Positions 1 through 13,563 of a DNA stretch of 64,000 nt are shown here, one piece after another (the stretch's first letter is position 1; each line of letters starts with the position of its first letter). The DNA lies in NCBI RefSeq assembly GCF_006345805.1, contig NC_043008.1:27776001-27840000 (forward strand), written 5' to 3'. Below the pieces are notes generated by a model that made no database searches, was not told where the DNA came from, and saw nothing but the letters and a program-made list of their open reading frames with translations. Position numbers and translations under genes: made by a program. This DNA is from Octopus sinensis. Taxonomy: Eukaryota.

Positions 1-187
1 CCTGATTATGACCTCAGTAACATTCTTTCTTTAGAAACAAACAACGCTGTGCGCCACTCAAATTTCCTCATAATATACGCTTTCAAAACCGACAAATTTG
101 AAGCCAGATAATTGTGTGTGTATGTGTGTGTATAAATATATAAGAGAGAGAGCAAAAGAAAGTAGACGTTAATATACATACATACTT

Positions 188-295
<108 letters not shown>

Positions 296-312
296 GAATG
301 TGTGTGTAATAT

Positions 313-617
313 TTTTATTGTTTGAGTCATTTGACTGTGGCCATGCTTGTGCTCCGCTTTTAGTCGAACGAATCGACCCCAGGACGTATTCTTTGTTAGT
401 TTAGTACTCATTTTATCGACCTCTTTTGTCGAACCGCTCGGGTACAGCGACATAAACCAACTAACATCAGTTGCCAAGCGACGGTGGGGGGAGAAGCACA
501 GAAACACCAACATATACATACATATATCTATAAACATACGTACATACATACATATACATATATATATATATATAATATATATTATACACACACACACACA
601 CACATATGTATATATTA

Positions 618-695
<78 letters not shown>

Positions 696-856
696 GACGG
701 GTGTATTTCAGTTTTCGTCTGCTAAATATACTCAAAGGAATATGGTTGGCTCAAGGTTATAGTCGAAGACATTTCCCCAATATGCCACACAATGGGACTG
801 AATCCAGAAACATTTGGTTAGAAAGCAATCTTCTTGCGACACAGCCACAAACCTGT
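313..856 (-). mobile_element. tRNA-derived SINE family A (head + internal microsatellite + tail), Octopus-like
   Basis: Same head and tail (gtcatttgactgyggccatgct, gaaccgct) as copies at 24652-25075, 27906-28515 and 33903-34058. Confidence 0.8.
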
Positions 857-993
857 ATGCATATATGCGTATCATATTCTATAGCTATATGTATATCTAT
901 CATTCATACAAAGAAATATAGTCAGTAAGATTGATACACACACACACGCACACACACACATATATATATATATTGATAGATAGATATATAAGC

Positions 994-1088
<95 letters not shown>
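994..1088. repeat. (AGAT)n microsatellite
   Basis: Direct tetranucleotide repeat; also near 24525, 37035 and 39180. Confidence 0.97.
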
Positions 1089-3494
1089 TAGATATCCAAA
1101 TAATATGTTGACGAAAGAAATAGAGATGCCGAACCACCAGCTATAACTTATATTTCTCTCAGTTATAGGCAAACGTGCACCCACGCTGGTTGCTAGTCCG
1201 ATATCGTATAACTTCATGAGAATGATTCCATGAAGATTTTTTTCTCTATGATTATATAAAGAAATGTTACATAATACAATCGAATGCTATAAACTGAGAT
1301 TTATCGCATCATCTGTGATTTTCCAGATCTTTTATTTCCCAAAGTACAAAGCGCGGCAAAAGTCTTTCCAATATTCTCGTATTGAAAACAAAAAAAATTT
1401 CACTGGAAGGCACTCATAGAAATTCGGGTGTTGCCCTCCATGCTGACTCTAGAATTTTTAGGTTAAAATTGCTCACTCTGGACCGCTATACTTAAGATTC
1501 AATATATTTAAGATTTGGTCTTGATCTTCTTAGTGGTATTGATCTTCTTAGTGGTATTCCTATAGATTTTCGGTAGGTGATTTAAAATAAATTGTATTTA
1601 TGTATTTATGCATGCATGTATATTTGTATGCATATATGTTTGTTTGAATGTACATGTGTGGGAGATGTAAATATACACATATGCTCACACATCCTCATAT
1701 ATATCTACATCTTTAAAAATACTGGTTAAAATTTTTGATACGAGACCAACAATTACCGAGCAGGGGTTATGTCGAATATATAAAGCAGAATAATTATTAT
1801 AGATGCTATTTCATTATTTTTACAAGTATGTATACATTTGAAACGCATAACACTTATGCTGAGCAGCTGGATACTACAAGGAAGATTTGACTAATTATCT
1901 ATATAAATACAAGAGAAAGAATTACATAAAATTAAAATATATTGATTTTATTCACATTACTGATTATATACGTTTACGAAACATCTCATGTTTATTTCAT
2001 TTTATATATAATCCGTGAATTAAATTAGAGATGCTAGAAACGTTGTGTGAAGAAAATAATAAAAATCTTAGAGTGTAGTGCAGAAAATGAGTGGTCGATA
2101 TTAGATGGGCGGACAATGTTCTCAGTTTCAGAGGCAATTATTTGATAGAGTCGATGATAAAGCTGATTCTAATATTACTGATGAAATTGTTGCTATAGTA
2201 TGGGTACAATGGTGTTGATACAGATGATATTTATGATTACATTCATGACAATAATGCTGCCACATGTAATGATGATGTTGGTGATTATAGAAAAGGAGTT
2301 CAGAATGAGGTAAAAAGAAAGAAAAAGGAGTTCTGAGAAACAACAGATGTAATTATTTCCTCGATAACTAAAACGTTAGTACGTAGAGACACGTGTATAG
2401 CGGCTATGCATCAATGTAAATTCTAAGAGAAACCGGCAAGATAAGATAGCATCTACAAAATAACAAAAAAATGTAGCAACAATGACAGCAACAGAAAATC
2501 GATAACAAAAATGTGATAAGAGAAAAGAGGAAGCTTGTCTTTTAATCTAAAACAGAATCAGCTTTATTCTCTTCAATTGTCGGTAATTTTGATTACAAAA
2601 TAGATATTTCTTCCTAATCTGTCTTATGTTTTAAATCTTTCCTATTTTCTAGATTTCCATTTATGTCTGATTTATTTTTAAATGAAAAATGATTTCTTTG
2701 AAAGAAAATGTTTCATATTTATAAAATTTCATGTAAATACTATCCAGAATAATATGTAAAGTTAAGAAAGAATTCTATAAAACTCTTACTACCTCCACCA
2801 ACTACAGCGCCATGAACATTGCAACCACTACCCCGACTGCCCCTACATCCACCACGATCATGACTACTGCGACTACTACAACAGGGGCAGTAGTGATAAT
2901 AATTATAAACATCATAGCAACAATAGTGATACATATTATTAATGATATCACTATAAATAGATTATTACTATGTTTAAGATTATTATTATTATCATTCTCA
3001 TCATTATCGTTAAAGAACGTTATATTGTAAATGGTAATATTTAAAAGTACTTTTATTTTCATTCCTCATATTTATTGCGTGAACAATTGCCTAGGGTATT
3101 AGAAAGTATTTAAAATTTTTTATCATATTATCCTTAATATGTTTTAAGTATTAAATTCCCTGCGTATTTTAGCATTATTCTATGAAATTTTCTTGTGTAA
3201 CGCTGAAAAATTCATTAAGTTTTACTTCACTATGAAATAATATTTAGAACACCAAAGACTAAAAGGCTGTTACTGTTATTAAACCGCCCATTTGTTTATC
3301 TATATTTGCTGATATTTGCATAAATTTTCCTTTGCTTCCTGCATTAGGTTATAACATGAAAGTTGTATGTTCTATGAGAATGCCACAAATATATTGTATA
3401 TGTTCACTGAACGACTACTACTACTATTGATGACGATGATAATGACGACGACGACGACGATGATGATGATGATGATGACAATGATGATGATAAT

Positions 3495-3706
3495 CCTTTC
3501 TATTATAGGCAAAATGTCTCAAATTTCGGAAGAGGGAGTAAGTCAAGTATATTGACCCCAGGGCTTAACTCGCACCTCCTTTGTCAAGCATGAAGGATGA
3601 AAGGCAAACTCTACCTCTGCGGTATTTGAACTCAGACTGTGAAGACGTACGAAATGTTGCTGAGCACCTTTTTCAGTGTGCTAACTATTCTGTTAGTTCG
3701 GTGTCA
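3495..3706 (-). mobile_element. Degenerate tRNA-derived SINE family B
   Basis: aaggatgaaaggcaaa..tttgaactcaga matches copies at 23442-24026 and 35801-36140. Confidence 0.7.
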
Positions 3707-3739
3707 TGATGATGTTAGTAATAATAGTAACCAGTAAGT

Positions 3740-4955
3740 GTATTTATTAAAGATTTTCGACGCAGTTTGGGTTTAATAAGTGAGTGTATTTCATTATGAA
3801 GTAAGCTCGGAAGATGATCTCTCCATGCATAAATTTATTGCAAGATTATACCAGTAGATCACTGAGAAATAATGGGGAATACAGGTACTTAGTGTTACTG
3901 AAAGGCGGGAGATAATAGAGGGAAAGATGAGAAAGAATAATCTACAAAGATCACAGGGAGACAATTAGGAAGGTGACCAAAATGAAATCAAATGAAAGGA
4001 ATATTATCAAAACAACAGAATACGTAGGTTATATAGCAACATTACGATTCAATGTTCCTTTTATAAAAGAGATAAAGGCAGAGCTACATAATATAGAATT
4101 CGGAAGCTGCTCTCAATACACAACGCGCACCCCCAAGGCCTAATATCAACAGACTCTTCTCAGCGGGGAAGAACGGAAGCTGATGACTGATAAACGCAGA
4201 AGATTATTCAGTTGTGCAATATTGAGTTTGCAAATATAGGCTGTACTATGGAAGAAATAATATTTTCCTATTAAAACGGGAGGAAAATTCAATAATATAA
4301 CAAAGTGGATTCAATAATAGAATGAAGAATGAGCTCGCAGATGGAAAGAATTACAAATACAGGGCCAATTGATGCAAGAAACCAATGGCGTTATAAGCAA
4401 ATACTGATTATGGCCGAATACGAAAAGAAACCTTATTGTAGCCGCTTAGGTGGAAGACATATGACGAACATGATAACGGCAAAGACCAACAAAACTAAGT
4501 CAGATTGCAAACAAACAAAGGGAGACGTTATCATGTACTTTTGAGTGAATGTAGCGTGCTTGCACACAAATATAAGTGCAGGTTGGACTGAGTAAAAAAA
4601 CGAGTAAAAGAGAGCCCTTTTACTCGTTAACCGTGTATTTGGTTAACAGAGAAGTGTTATGAAAATGAAGGAGAGACTCTCATAGGGAAAATCCTTACCA
4701 TATTATTGAAAGAAACACGATAGGATTATATGATTATAAGTTTAAGATCATAGATTTTCAACACTAAATAGTAGCAGGAAACCAAAGAAATGGAGAAATA
4801 TCAAGTTATAACCAGAGGGATAAAGAGATTAAAAAAAATATAGTCAACAATTACCCCAGTAGGAATTGGTGTTCATGGCACAACACCACCACTGCTACCG
4901 AAGAGCCTGAAAAGTACTGCAATGAAAATTTGCATTGTAGTCTTGCCAGACAGTT
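3740..4955 (+). pseudogene. Heavily decayed R4/Dong-type LINE fragment
   Basis: Broken frames give YRYL, RKLLSIHNAHP and PVGIGVHGTTPPLLPKSL, homologous to the RT-thumb/RLE C-terminus of better copies in this window. Confidence 0.6.
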
Positions 4956-4964
4956 CAAACGTGC

Positions 4965-5900
4965 ACGAGGCTGGCTGGAGAGCTCATAGGCCGGCGAAGA
5001 ATACTCTCATGGAATGTAAACAAATGAGGATTATTTCTCAACATAGTCCCCTTTGCGGTTCACACAATTTCCTATGGCTACTGCTGCAGTTCTTCGATTC
5101 TATTGCTGACGCTTTCATCCTATTGGTAAAAAAAAAAGAAAGGGACCAACAACAGATAGGACGTCATCATCACTATGATACTGCCTCCAGCCTAGTGGTT
5201 TCTCATACTGGGTAACAGATGATAGTCAGATGGAGCCAAATCAGGTGAAGAGGGATGGTGATCAACAAGTTCAAAGACATAGGCACGCACAGTAACAACT
5301 GAAAAGCAAGGTTTTGTGTTCAAATATTGCCCTGATCAAACGAGATCACTTTTGTCCGTTTCCTTGGGTGTTTGACTTAGATACTGTTTTGAAACTGCCG
5401 CAGAAAGTTGGCATAGTACTCTCCATTATAGTCAATAAACACAATTCCTTTTGTATCCCAATCCCGCTAAAACTGGGTACATCATCTTCCATGAAGATGA
5501 AACGACATTCACCTTCTTTGGAGCACGTGAGGAGGCATGTTTTGATCTGGTATCAAAAGGCATGGCACACACCTAGCAGAAAGATTCGTCATACCAAGTT
5601 CGTTTTGCAGAATATACCCAACTCTCACACGGCATATGTTGATAGCATTGCCTATTTGATTTATAGTCATTCGCCTGTCATGCATCACTACGTAGTGAAC
5701 ACGAACATTTTTTCCTCGGTGGTGGTAGTTACAGGACTTCGAGACCATGGGTAATATTCAGGTCTTTCCTTTCTCCTCCTAAATTCCGCTGCCTAATTTT
5801 GCATTTCTGATAAAACTGGAGTATCACTCTCCAATGTAACAGTTACGTCAGCATGGATGGGGTTTAGGGCTAAACAGTTTTCCTGGAAGTATCCCGAGAC
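4965..5900 (-). mobile_element. Decayed mariner transposon
   Basis: ORF 5509-5748 (DRRMTINQIGNAINI..ILQNELGMTNLSARCVP.LL) is a mariner HTH/WVPxxL region; TIR-like cacgagg at ~4966. Confidence 0.75.
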
Positions 5901-6062
5901 GGATATTTGAAATGAGAGGCAAGTCCTTGTATATATCTTCACATTATGCGTGTATACACACACACACACTCACACATACACACACACACATACACACACA
6001 CACACATAAATATATATATATACACATATATAATTATGCATATATGTATATATTCAGACATG

Positions 6063-6357
6063 TGAGGACGCATGGTTTGGTGGTTAGGGTTTTGCACACA
6101 CGAATTAGCGATTGTTAGCTATTTCTATTCCTAGATCGAGTGGTGCGCTGTGCTCTCAAGCAAAACACTTCCTCACACGTCGCTCTTCGATCACTTCGAC
6201 ATCTGACGCATGCTACATAGTACACCTCTTCAGACAACATCAATTTGATTGAGAGCGTGAGCTAAGTTGCGGCACGAATATTTGATCATAAGTAAGTTAT
6301 TTCACGTTCGGCTAAATTTGCACAATCATACGTCTTCTTCTTCGACGGGAGAGTCCG

Positions 6358-6360
<3 letters not shown>
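6063..6360 (+). mobile_element. tRNA-derived SINE family C
   Basis: A-box-like tggtttggtgg; body (caaaacactt, atcacttcga, ggagagtcc) shared with 24228-24524. Confidence 0.65.
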
Positions 6361-6400
<40 letters not shown>

Positions 6401-6447
6401 CACACACACACACACACATACACACACACATACACACGCATGCATAC

Positions 6448-6745
6448 ATACGATCGAAGTTTGAGCCTGATCGCGCCATTTTTCTTTCTGTCTTGTCAGT
6501 GTAAGCATGGCCGCACAGCAATTATTGTGCACCAAAGAAGAAAGAGAAGTGATCCTATTGCTCTGATCGAAAGGTATATCAAATGCTGTAATTCAACTGA
6601 GGATTTTAGCACTACGGTGACAGTGCACTATCGCGTAGAACTTTGTATGAGTGGACCGAAAAGTTAAAAAATGACCGGGCAAGCGGCCTCTACCACTGAC
6701 GAGAAGATTCAACAAGCTCGAGAGATGGTAATGGTGAATCAGTTC
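6448..6745 (+). mobile_element. Mariner 5' fragment
   Basis: Frameshifted MAAQQLLCTKEE..YGDSALSRRTLYEW.EKLKN..TTDEKIQQAREMVM, a mariner N-terminus. Confidence 0.7.
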
Positions 6746-7049
6746 ACCATTACCATCTCCCGGATCACTGCTCTTTGTTCTTCTTAGAGCACATTGCTAG
6801 TGGAGCGGCCATACTTACACTGTTAAGCCACAAAGAAATATGTCGTGATCAGGCTCAGACTTCGATCACCTGTCTATGATAGCGCAAACTATAAGCACAC
6901 AAGGGCAGAAGGCAGTGTGACAATGATGAAAGTGCGAATAATTTCTGACATCTCAATAGCTAATAATTACAGCTAAAATTAATTTCCTCAGCTATTTTCA
7001 AGTAAATTGTTCATTATCAGACTCTGTTATTATGGCTTCACACGGGTAT

Positions 7050-8050
7050 CCTCTAACATCTGAATGTATAGGAAACTGTACGAATTGGATATGAATAAAA
7101 CTGAAACTTCATTCGGAGAGCCTGCTGTAGAATCGGTCGTCTGCTTGGCCTACACATATGGACCTAAGACAAAAAGAAATGTATTTCAAACAGATATGGA
7201 TCAGTGCAGAAAATGGAAACTGAACGAACACGAGATTTCGCATGTGATAAGCGATATGTTGGAGAATCATGCCACACTGTTTGATCTATAATATTTCCAA
7301 AATAAATTGGTTTGAATGGGGTTGGATATCCCAGTAAAGTTGACGCCTGGGCTTCATACCTGATCACAAAGAGATCCCGGGAAGGCAGAAATTCTTACGA
7401 GCCCAGAAGGCTTGGTCACTACAAATTTGGGAACAGAACGGTCATCTTAGTGACAGCTTCCTCTAGCAATAACAGACTGAAACTGCTGAAAATACCTTCA
7501 TCACTGCCAACATCATAACAGCAACAGCAACAGCGTGCATCAGCAGCAACCTAGCTTTGTGTCAGCTGCAACATGGGAAGCCGCATCCGTTGTAGATGCA
7601 ACTAGAACTAACATTGCAACAATGTCCACTGACCTCAAGTAATAGCACATCACACTCAATAGCGAGAACAATATAATATATGTGTTAGAAATATGAATGA
7701 AGGAGGGAGTAAAACTCCAAACGTTATCTGACACATCAGAATCTGTGGGGAAGGTGATTTGGAGTATTTTAAATGACAAAACTTATCCGAGTGACAGAAG
7801 GAAAACGTCAAAAATAAATATAAATAGTAGATTCAAGCGGATGAGAAGCATGTTTGTGCACAAACTCGCACAAAAAATGCATTCAACAACAACTACAACT
7901 TGATCACCGCAAACTCCACTAGAAATAAGTCCACAGTTCAAATTTAAGTACAGGCTAAATCACATCAAAACCTACAGCCAGGAAACTAAAATCAACGCAA
8001 AGAATATAAGTCAGTAACAGCATTGCCACAAACGCAGTCAACAACAGAAA
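7050..8050 (+). pseudogene. Possible decayed LINE ORF1 (L1/Tx1-like)
   Basis: EGR..GH.K remnant followed by low-complexity T/K/Q-rich sequence, like 46600-49700. Confidence 0.3.
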
Positions 8051-8424
8051 ATTAATGAATCACATACATTAACATAGAAACATAATATTTTATGATTGGA
8101 TCATGACAATACCTACATACAAAGGTAATAAAAACCAGAAAAAGCATTAATTTTAAAAGAAAATATCTGAACAAAATAATATTAGTCCTACATTTCTGAA
8201 GCCCCCACAATAGACAGGGAAAAGGAATATATATCATTGAACCGGAATGTTAGTTTCGGTTTCTCGAATTTTTAATACTATGGCCTTGAACACGAGTGAA
8301 ATAAGAGTATTCCGTGACACAAGTCTTTTGGCACATTTTTTCTGGCTACGAAGCGGAAAGATCTCCCAAATATATGAGTTTGGGAGATGGCAATACAAAC
8401 TTAAATAAGAATGTTCTAGTTAAT

Positions 8425-8580
8425 ACAGACCTATATTTGAGAGACGAGGAATTATGTACATTATTTACAATTGGCGGATAATTGTCGTGATATTGTTTGT
8501 TGTTAACACAACGTTTCAGCTGATATACCCTCCAGCCTTCATCAGATGTCTTGGGGTAATTTCGAACTTGAATTCTCACT
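8425..8580 (-). mobile_element. PLE terminal module (HHR family 1), tRNA head absent
   Basis: Reverse-complement match to 22470-22600 and 19920-20060. Confidence 0.8.
8505..8550 (-). ncRNA. Minimal type-I hammerhead ribozyme motif, core intact
   Basis: Minus strand: gacat CTGATGA a ggctg-gagggtatat-cagct GAAAC GTT gtgtt; stem I, stem II and palindromic ACGT stem III. Confidence 0.75.
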
Positions 8581-8622
8581 GCTCGTGTTGCTATTATTAT
8601 CATTATTATTATCATTATTATT

Positions 8623-9177
8623 GAATGAGAGAGCAGTTCATTCCATCAAAGTGACACTGGGGTAACATATACGAAGCCCAATATACCCATCATGACTACC
8701 CGTCTAATAAAGGTACACCCAGGCACATGCATCACAACCATATGTGCGCGACATGGTGATCTCATATCAAGATAAACAGCACATGACCTTGCAGGTGGGG
8801 CCCAGTTAGAATTTTCTTCAGGTTGAGTAGCCCCTCCCGCTCAAACAGTCCCTGAATAAGGGTTGTTTAAGGATGTTGAAAGAACCACCCATGTTTCCAG
8901 AGGTGAATTATTCAAACCCCAAAGAATCCCTCTCAACACATGGCTATGATGCTCCCCCACTACTTCTGCTCGTGATCAGAGATGCACATATCGTCAGCCA
9001 CTAAGGGACATGCTCAACTGGTTAAGGTCAAACAACTGACAAGGAAATCTGTGGTATTGAGCAGAATATTTGCTGTAGCCCATCTTTTATACCAAGACAA
9101 AACAATGTACATGATAACACTTCCAATCAGTTAAGATCAGAAGCCATGAGAGCCTCTGCCTGGTACTGCATCAGGGC

Positions 9178-9181
<4 letters not shown>
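8623..9181 (-). mobile_element. ~560-bp non-coding element inserted in (AAT)n, copy 1 (full length)
   Basis: Near-identical to 12678-13230 and similar to 50633-51192; trinucleotide tracts on both sides. Confidence 0.85.
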
Positions 9182-9380
<199 letters not shown>

Positions 9381-10204
9381 TACACACATGCTCTCTTTCT
9401 TTCTCTTTTTTTCTCTTTCTCACTTAAATATATATTTTTTCTCCACAACTTTCTCATTTTGTGTAAATTCGCATATTCCATCAAAATGATTTTACTAAGA
9501 TGTATGTACACGAACTGGTTATGTTTTATGCATCTGTTACTTTATATCTTGTTTTGTGTTTTCATTACATGCAGTAGGAAGACATCATCTTAACAACATT
9601 TACAACAGTCACTGGTAAACATGCATATATTGTTAATAAAGAATATAATATCAAAGATATTTTTCATTCATATCTATTTTCGCTTTTCCGTGATTTTGCA
9701 CTTATTTGGATTCGAAGCATACACATATTGCAAACAATTATGAGCAGAAAACACAGATAATGCTGTTGACTTTTTTCCGTAGTTCAATAAGATTGAACAA
9801 TTACGGAATCGTAAATATTTAAGTGAATAGAGAGTTGGTGTGATTTAATTATTCTAATGACGGGAACTATATTGTTATGCAGTGCGATTGATTTATGTGG
9901 CTAATATGATCAAAGTAATGTTGAGAAATGGATTAATATTAAAGAAGCAAGGTAGTAATGAGGATACTGATAAATATCTCAGTAAACATGCTAAGCTTAA
10001 TATTCTACAACTCAATATTTTATAGCAAAAACTGCAACGAGGTCAACATTGGGAGTGATACATTGGATGAAGCACGCCGAATGAGAAAACAAAACCAAGC
10101 AAATACCGGAATATTCTCATAAATCCTCGTTTGAAATATGTAATACTTGATATATAATCTACCGTAAAATATTCCAAGTAAATTTCTAATAGGCTATGAA
10201 TGTC

Positions 10205-11495
10205 CGAGGGACGTTCAATAAGTAATGCCCCTGACCCACTTGTAGTAATTTGATCTAGCTGAAAGTTTGCATGTGCAAATACTTCTATCTCAATAGAGTA
10301 AGTGGCAAATTACAGCTCTGAACTAATTGTGGTTTCGGATTTACAGGTATTTGAACTGAGTGAAGTGTGAAATGGAGCCTGTTGAGTGTCGAGCAGTGAT
10401 CCGGTTTTTGTATTTGAAAGGACGCACACCACGGGAGACTTTTGATGAAATGAAAGTAACTTATGGTGATGATACCCCATCATATGACCTTGTAAAACGC
10501 TGGCATCGTGAATTCAAACATGGTCGGAACTCTGTGGAAACTGCTCCCAGATCTGGTCACCCCGCTTCTGCCATTGATGAGGCATCTGTCCGTCAAGTTG
10601 AGGCTGTCATTTTGGAAGATCGACGCATAATTATTCGCCAAATAGCCCATGAGGTCAATATTAGTACCGGGTCTGTGGAAACTATCATTCATGACCATTT
10701 GCATATGCAAAAGGTGTCTGCCAGATGGATTCCCCGGTTGCTCACACCTTTCCAGAAGCAAGAACGCGTCGAGTGCTCGAGGATGAATTTGGAGATGTGC
10801 CAAGAAGATGAGTCAAAGTTTTTCAAAAGACTGATTACACAGGATGAAACCTGGGTCCATCACTATGATCCAGAGACCAAAGTCCAGTCAATGCAGTGGA
10901 AGCACCGTGACTCACCTCCTCTAAAGAAGGCAAGGGTGCAGCCCTCCGCTGGCAAGGTCATGCTCACGGTCTTCTGGGACCAGGACGGAGTAGTGATGAC
11001 AGATTTCCTGGCAAAGGGTACCACAATTACAAGAGCCTATTATGCTTCACTTTTGAGGAAATTAAGAGAAGCTATCAAAATCAAGAGGCGGGGCAAGATC
11101 AGCAAAGGCATCCTCATCCTGCAGGACAACGCTCCGGTCCACAACTCGCTTGTCGCCAGATCAGAAGCACAGGCGTATGGCTATGAACTTCTCCCCCATC
11201 CCCCTACTTTCCTGACCGTGCACCCTCTGATTTTCCCCTCTTCCCAGTCATGAAGTTGTTTTTGAAAGGAAAGCGTTTCCCAGATGATGCAGCCTTGATT
11301 TCTGAAGTCACGTTGAGGTTGGAGGACCAAGCTGGTGTCTTCTACAGAAACGGTCTCCAGAGCTGCATCAAACGATGGTAGAAATGCGTAAATCTGGGTG
11401 GTTCCTATGTTGAAAAAGACTATAACTGTGCCAAATTTTGTTGCTCTACTGCTATAGGAAGTGGGTCAGGGGCATTACTTATTGAATGCCCCTCG
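10205..11495 (+). mobile_element. Full-length mariner (DD34D) element, ~1.29 kb
   Basis: ~37-bp TIRs (cgagggacgttcaataagtaatgcccctgacccactt / aagtgggtcaggggcattacttattgaatgcccctcg), TA at the right end, transposase inside. Confidence 0.95.
10372..11420 (+). pseudogene. Mariner transposase with one frameshift (~11205) and one late stop (~11378)
   Basis: WIPRLL, ITQDETWVHHYDPE, QDNAPVH; HPP..PD.APSDF is split by the frameshift. Confidence 0.92.
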
Positions 11496-12269
11496 TATTT
11501 CGCTTCCCTTTAAAACATATAAACGTCGTAAGATCACGCACGAAACGTATGAAACGCTAGTAATTTTTTAGAAAATACTTGTATTATAAAATTAGCAAAC
11601 TTGTGAATCCTCTCCTAGTTATTAACGGTTGTATTAATGTTTTCAAATGGCTCATATTTAGAGAAGAAAACTTTGCTATATATATATATATATACGTAAT
11701 TCGAAATATATGTGAGTGAACATGGAATGACAAGTCATGTTTCAAACAAATAAAGTAACGATATTAATTTGACATTAACGGTTGAAAATAGGATATTGAA
11801 AGAAAGTATATTTATGTATGCTTTCAAAAAATGTTGTTCGAGGAACCATGCAAATATCTCAATATTTTTTCCTTGTGTCATAGCATCATATTTCCAAATA
11901 ATTTTTATTCATATTCACAGTAAAACATCGTCATGTAGATAATTCTTATACAACTACACATGCTTCATCCCACCATATATTCTCTTTGCATACACATATA
12001 TCGTACACACACATACAAACGTATACAAGTATATAAACGGTAAACATAGTAGAGAAATGATTATATTACTTTGAAACTTGACTTAAAAATCCAAATGTGA
12101 AAATCAGTATATTTAATGCACATGTACATTATGAAACATTTGATGGAAATTTATAACTCAACTGTAAGCAGCAGACACTATTTTGAGAACTATGATGTAG
12201 CAAGAAGATCTAACTTGTACATGTCATATTAGGTTGTCCAGTATGAAATTTGTAGAAAAGAGAAAAATA

Positions 12270-12445
12270 CGGTTCTAGTTTAAAAATATTATTTATATTA
12301 TTTACATTTGATGGATATTTGTCCACATCTTTGTTGTTAACACAACGTGTTGGCTGATATACCCATTAGCATTCATTAGGTGTCTTGAGGAAATTTCGAA
12401 CCTAGGTTCTCATTCCTAAGATATATTTCAATGTTGTTGTTGTTA
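12270..12445 (-). mobile_element. PLE terminal module (HHR family 1, core mutated), 3' half
   Basis: Matches 43900-44050; its tRNA-head remnant appears at 18526-18552. Confidence 0.75.
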
Positions 12446-12469
12446 TTATTTTTGGTATTATTATTATTA

Positions 12470-12519
<50 letters not shown>

Positions 12520-12538
12520 GTTATTATTATTATTATTA

Positions 12539-12572
<34 letters not shown>

Positions 12573-12583
12573 GTTGTTGTTGC

Positions 12584-12677
<94 letters not shown>

Positions 12678-13230
12678 GAGTGAGAGAGCAGTTCATGCCA
12701 TCAGTGACACTGGGGTAACATATACGAAGCCCAATATACCCATCATGACTACCCGTCTGATAAGGGTGCACCAGGCACATGCATCACAACTATATGTACG
12801 CGACATGGTGATCTCATATCAAGATAAACAGCACATGACCTTGCAGGTGGGGCCCAGTTAGAATTTTCTTCAGGTTGAGTAGCCCATCCCGCTCAAAAGG
12901 TCCCTGAATAAGTGGTGTTTAAGGATGTTGAAAGAACCACCCATGTTTCCAGAGGTGAATTATTCAAACCCCAAAGAATCCCTCTCAACACACGGCTATG
13001 ATGCTCCCCCACTACTTCTGCTCGTGATCAGAGATGCACATATCGTCAGCCACTAAGGGACATGCTCAACTGTTTAAGGTCAAACAACTGACAAGGAAAT
13101 CTGTGGTATTGAGCAGAATATTTGCTGTAGCCCATCTTTTATACCAAGACAAAACAATGTACATGATAACACTTCCAATCAGTTAAGATCAGAAGCCATG
13201 AGAGCCACTGCCTGATACTGCATCAGGGCA
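12678..13230 (-). mobile_element. ~560-bp non-coding (AAT)n-targeted element, copy 2 (full length)
   Basis: Near-identical to 8623-9181. Confidence 0.85.

Positions 13231-13563
<333 letters not shown>

Noticed and set aside
1521-1558. 18-bp tandem duplication
   Set aside because: Ordinary local slippage with no further structure
10360-11253. Domesticated SETMAR-like host gene
   Set aside because: No SET domain; flanked by TIRs; frameshift before the third catalytic Asp
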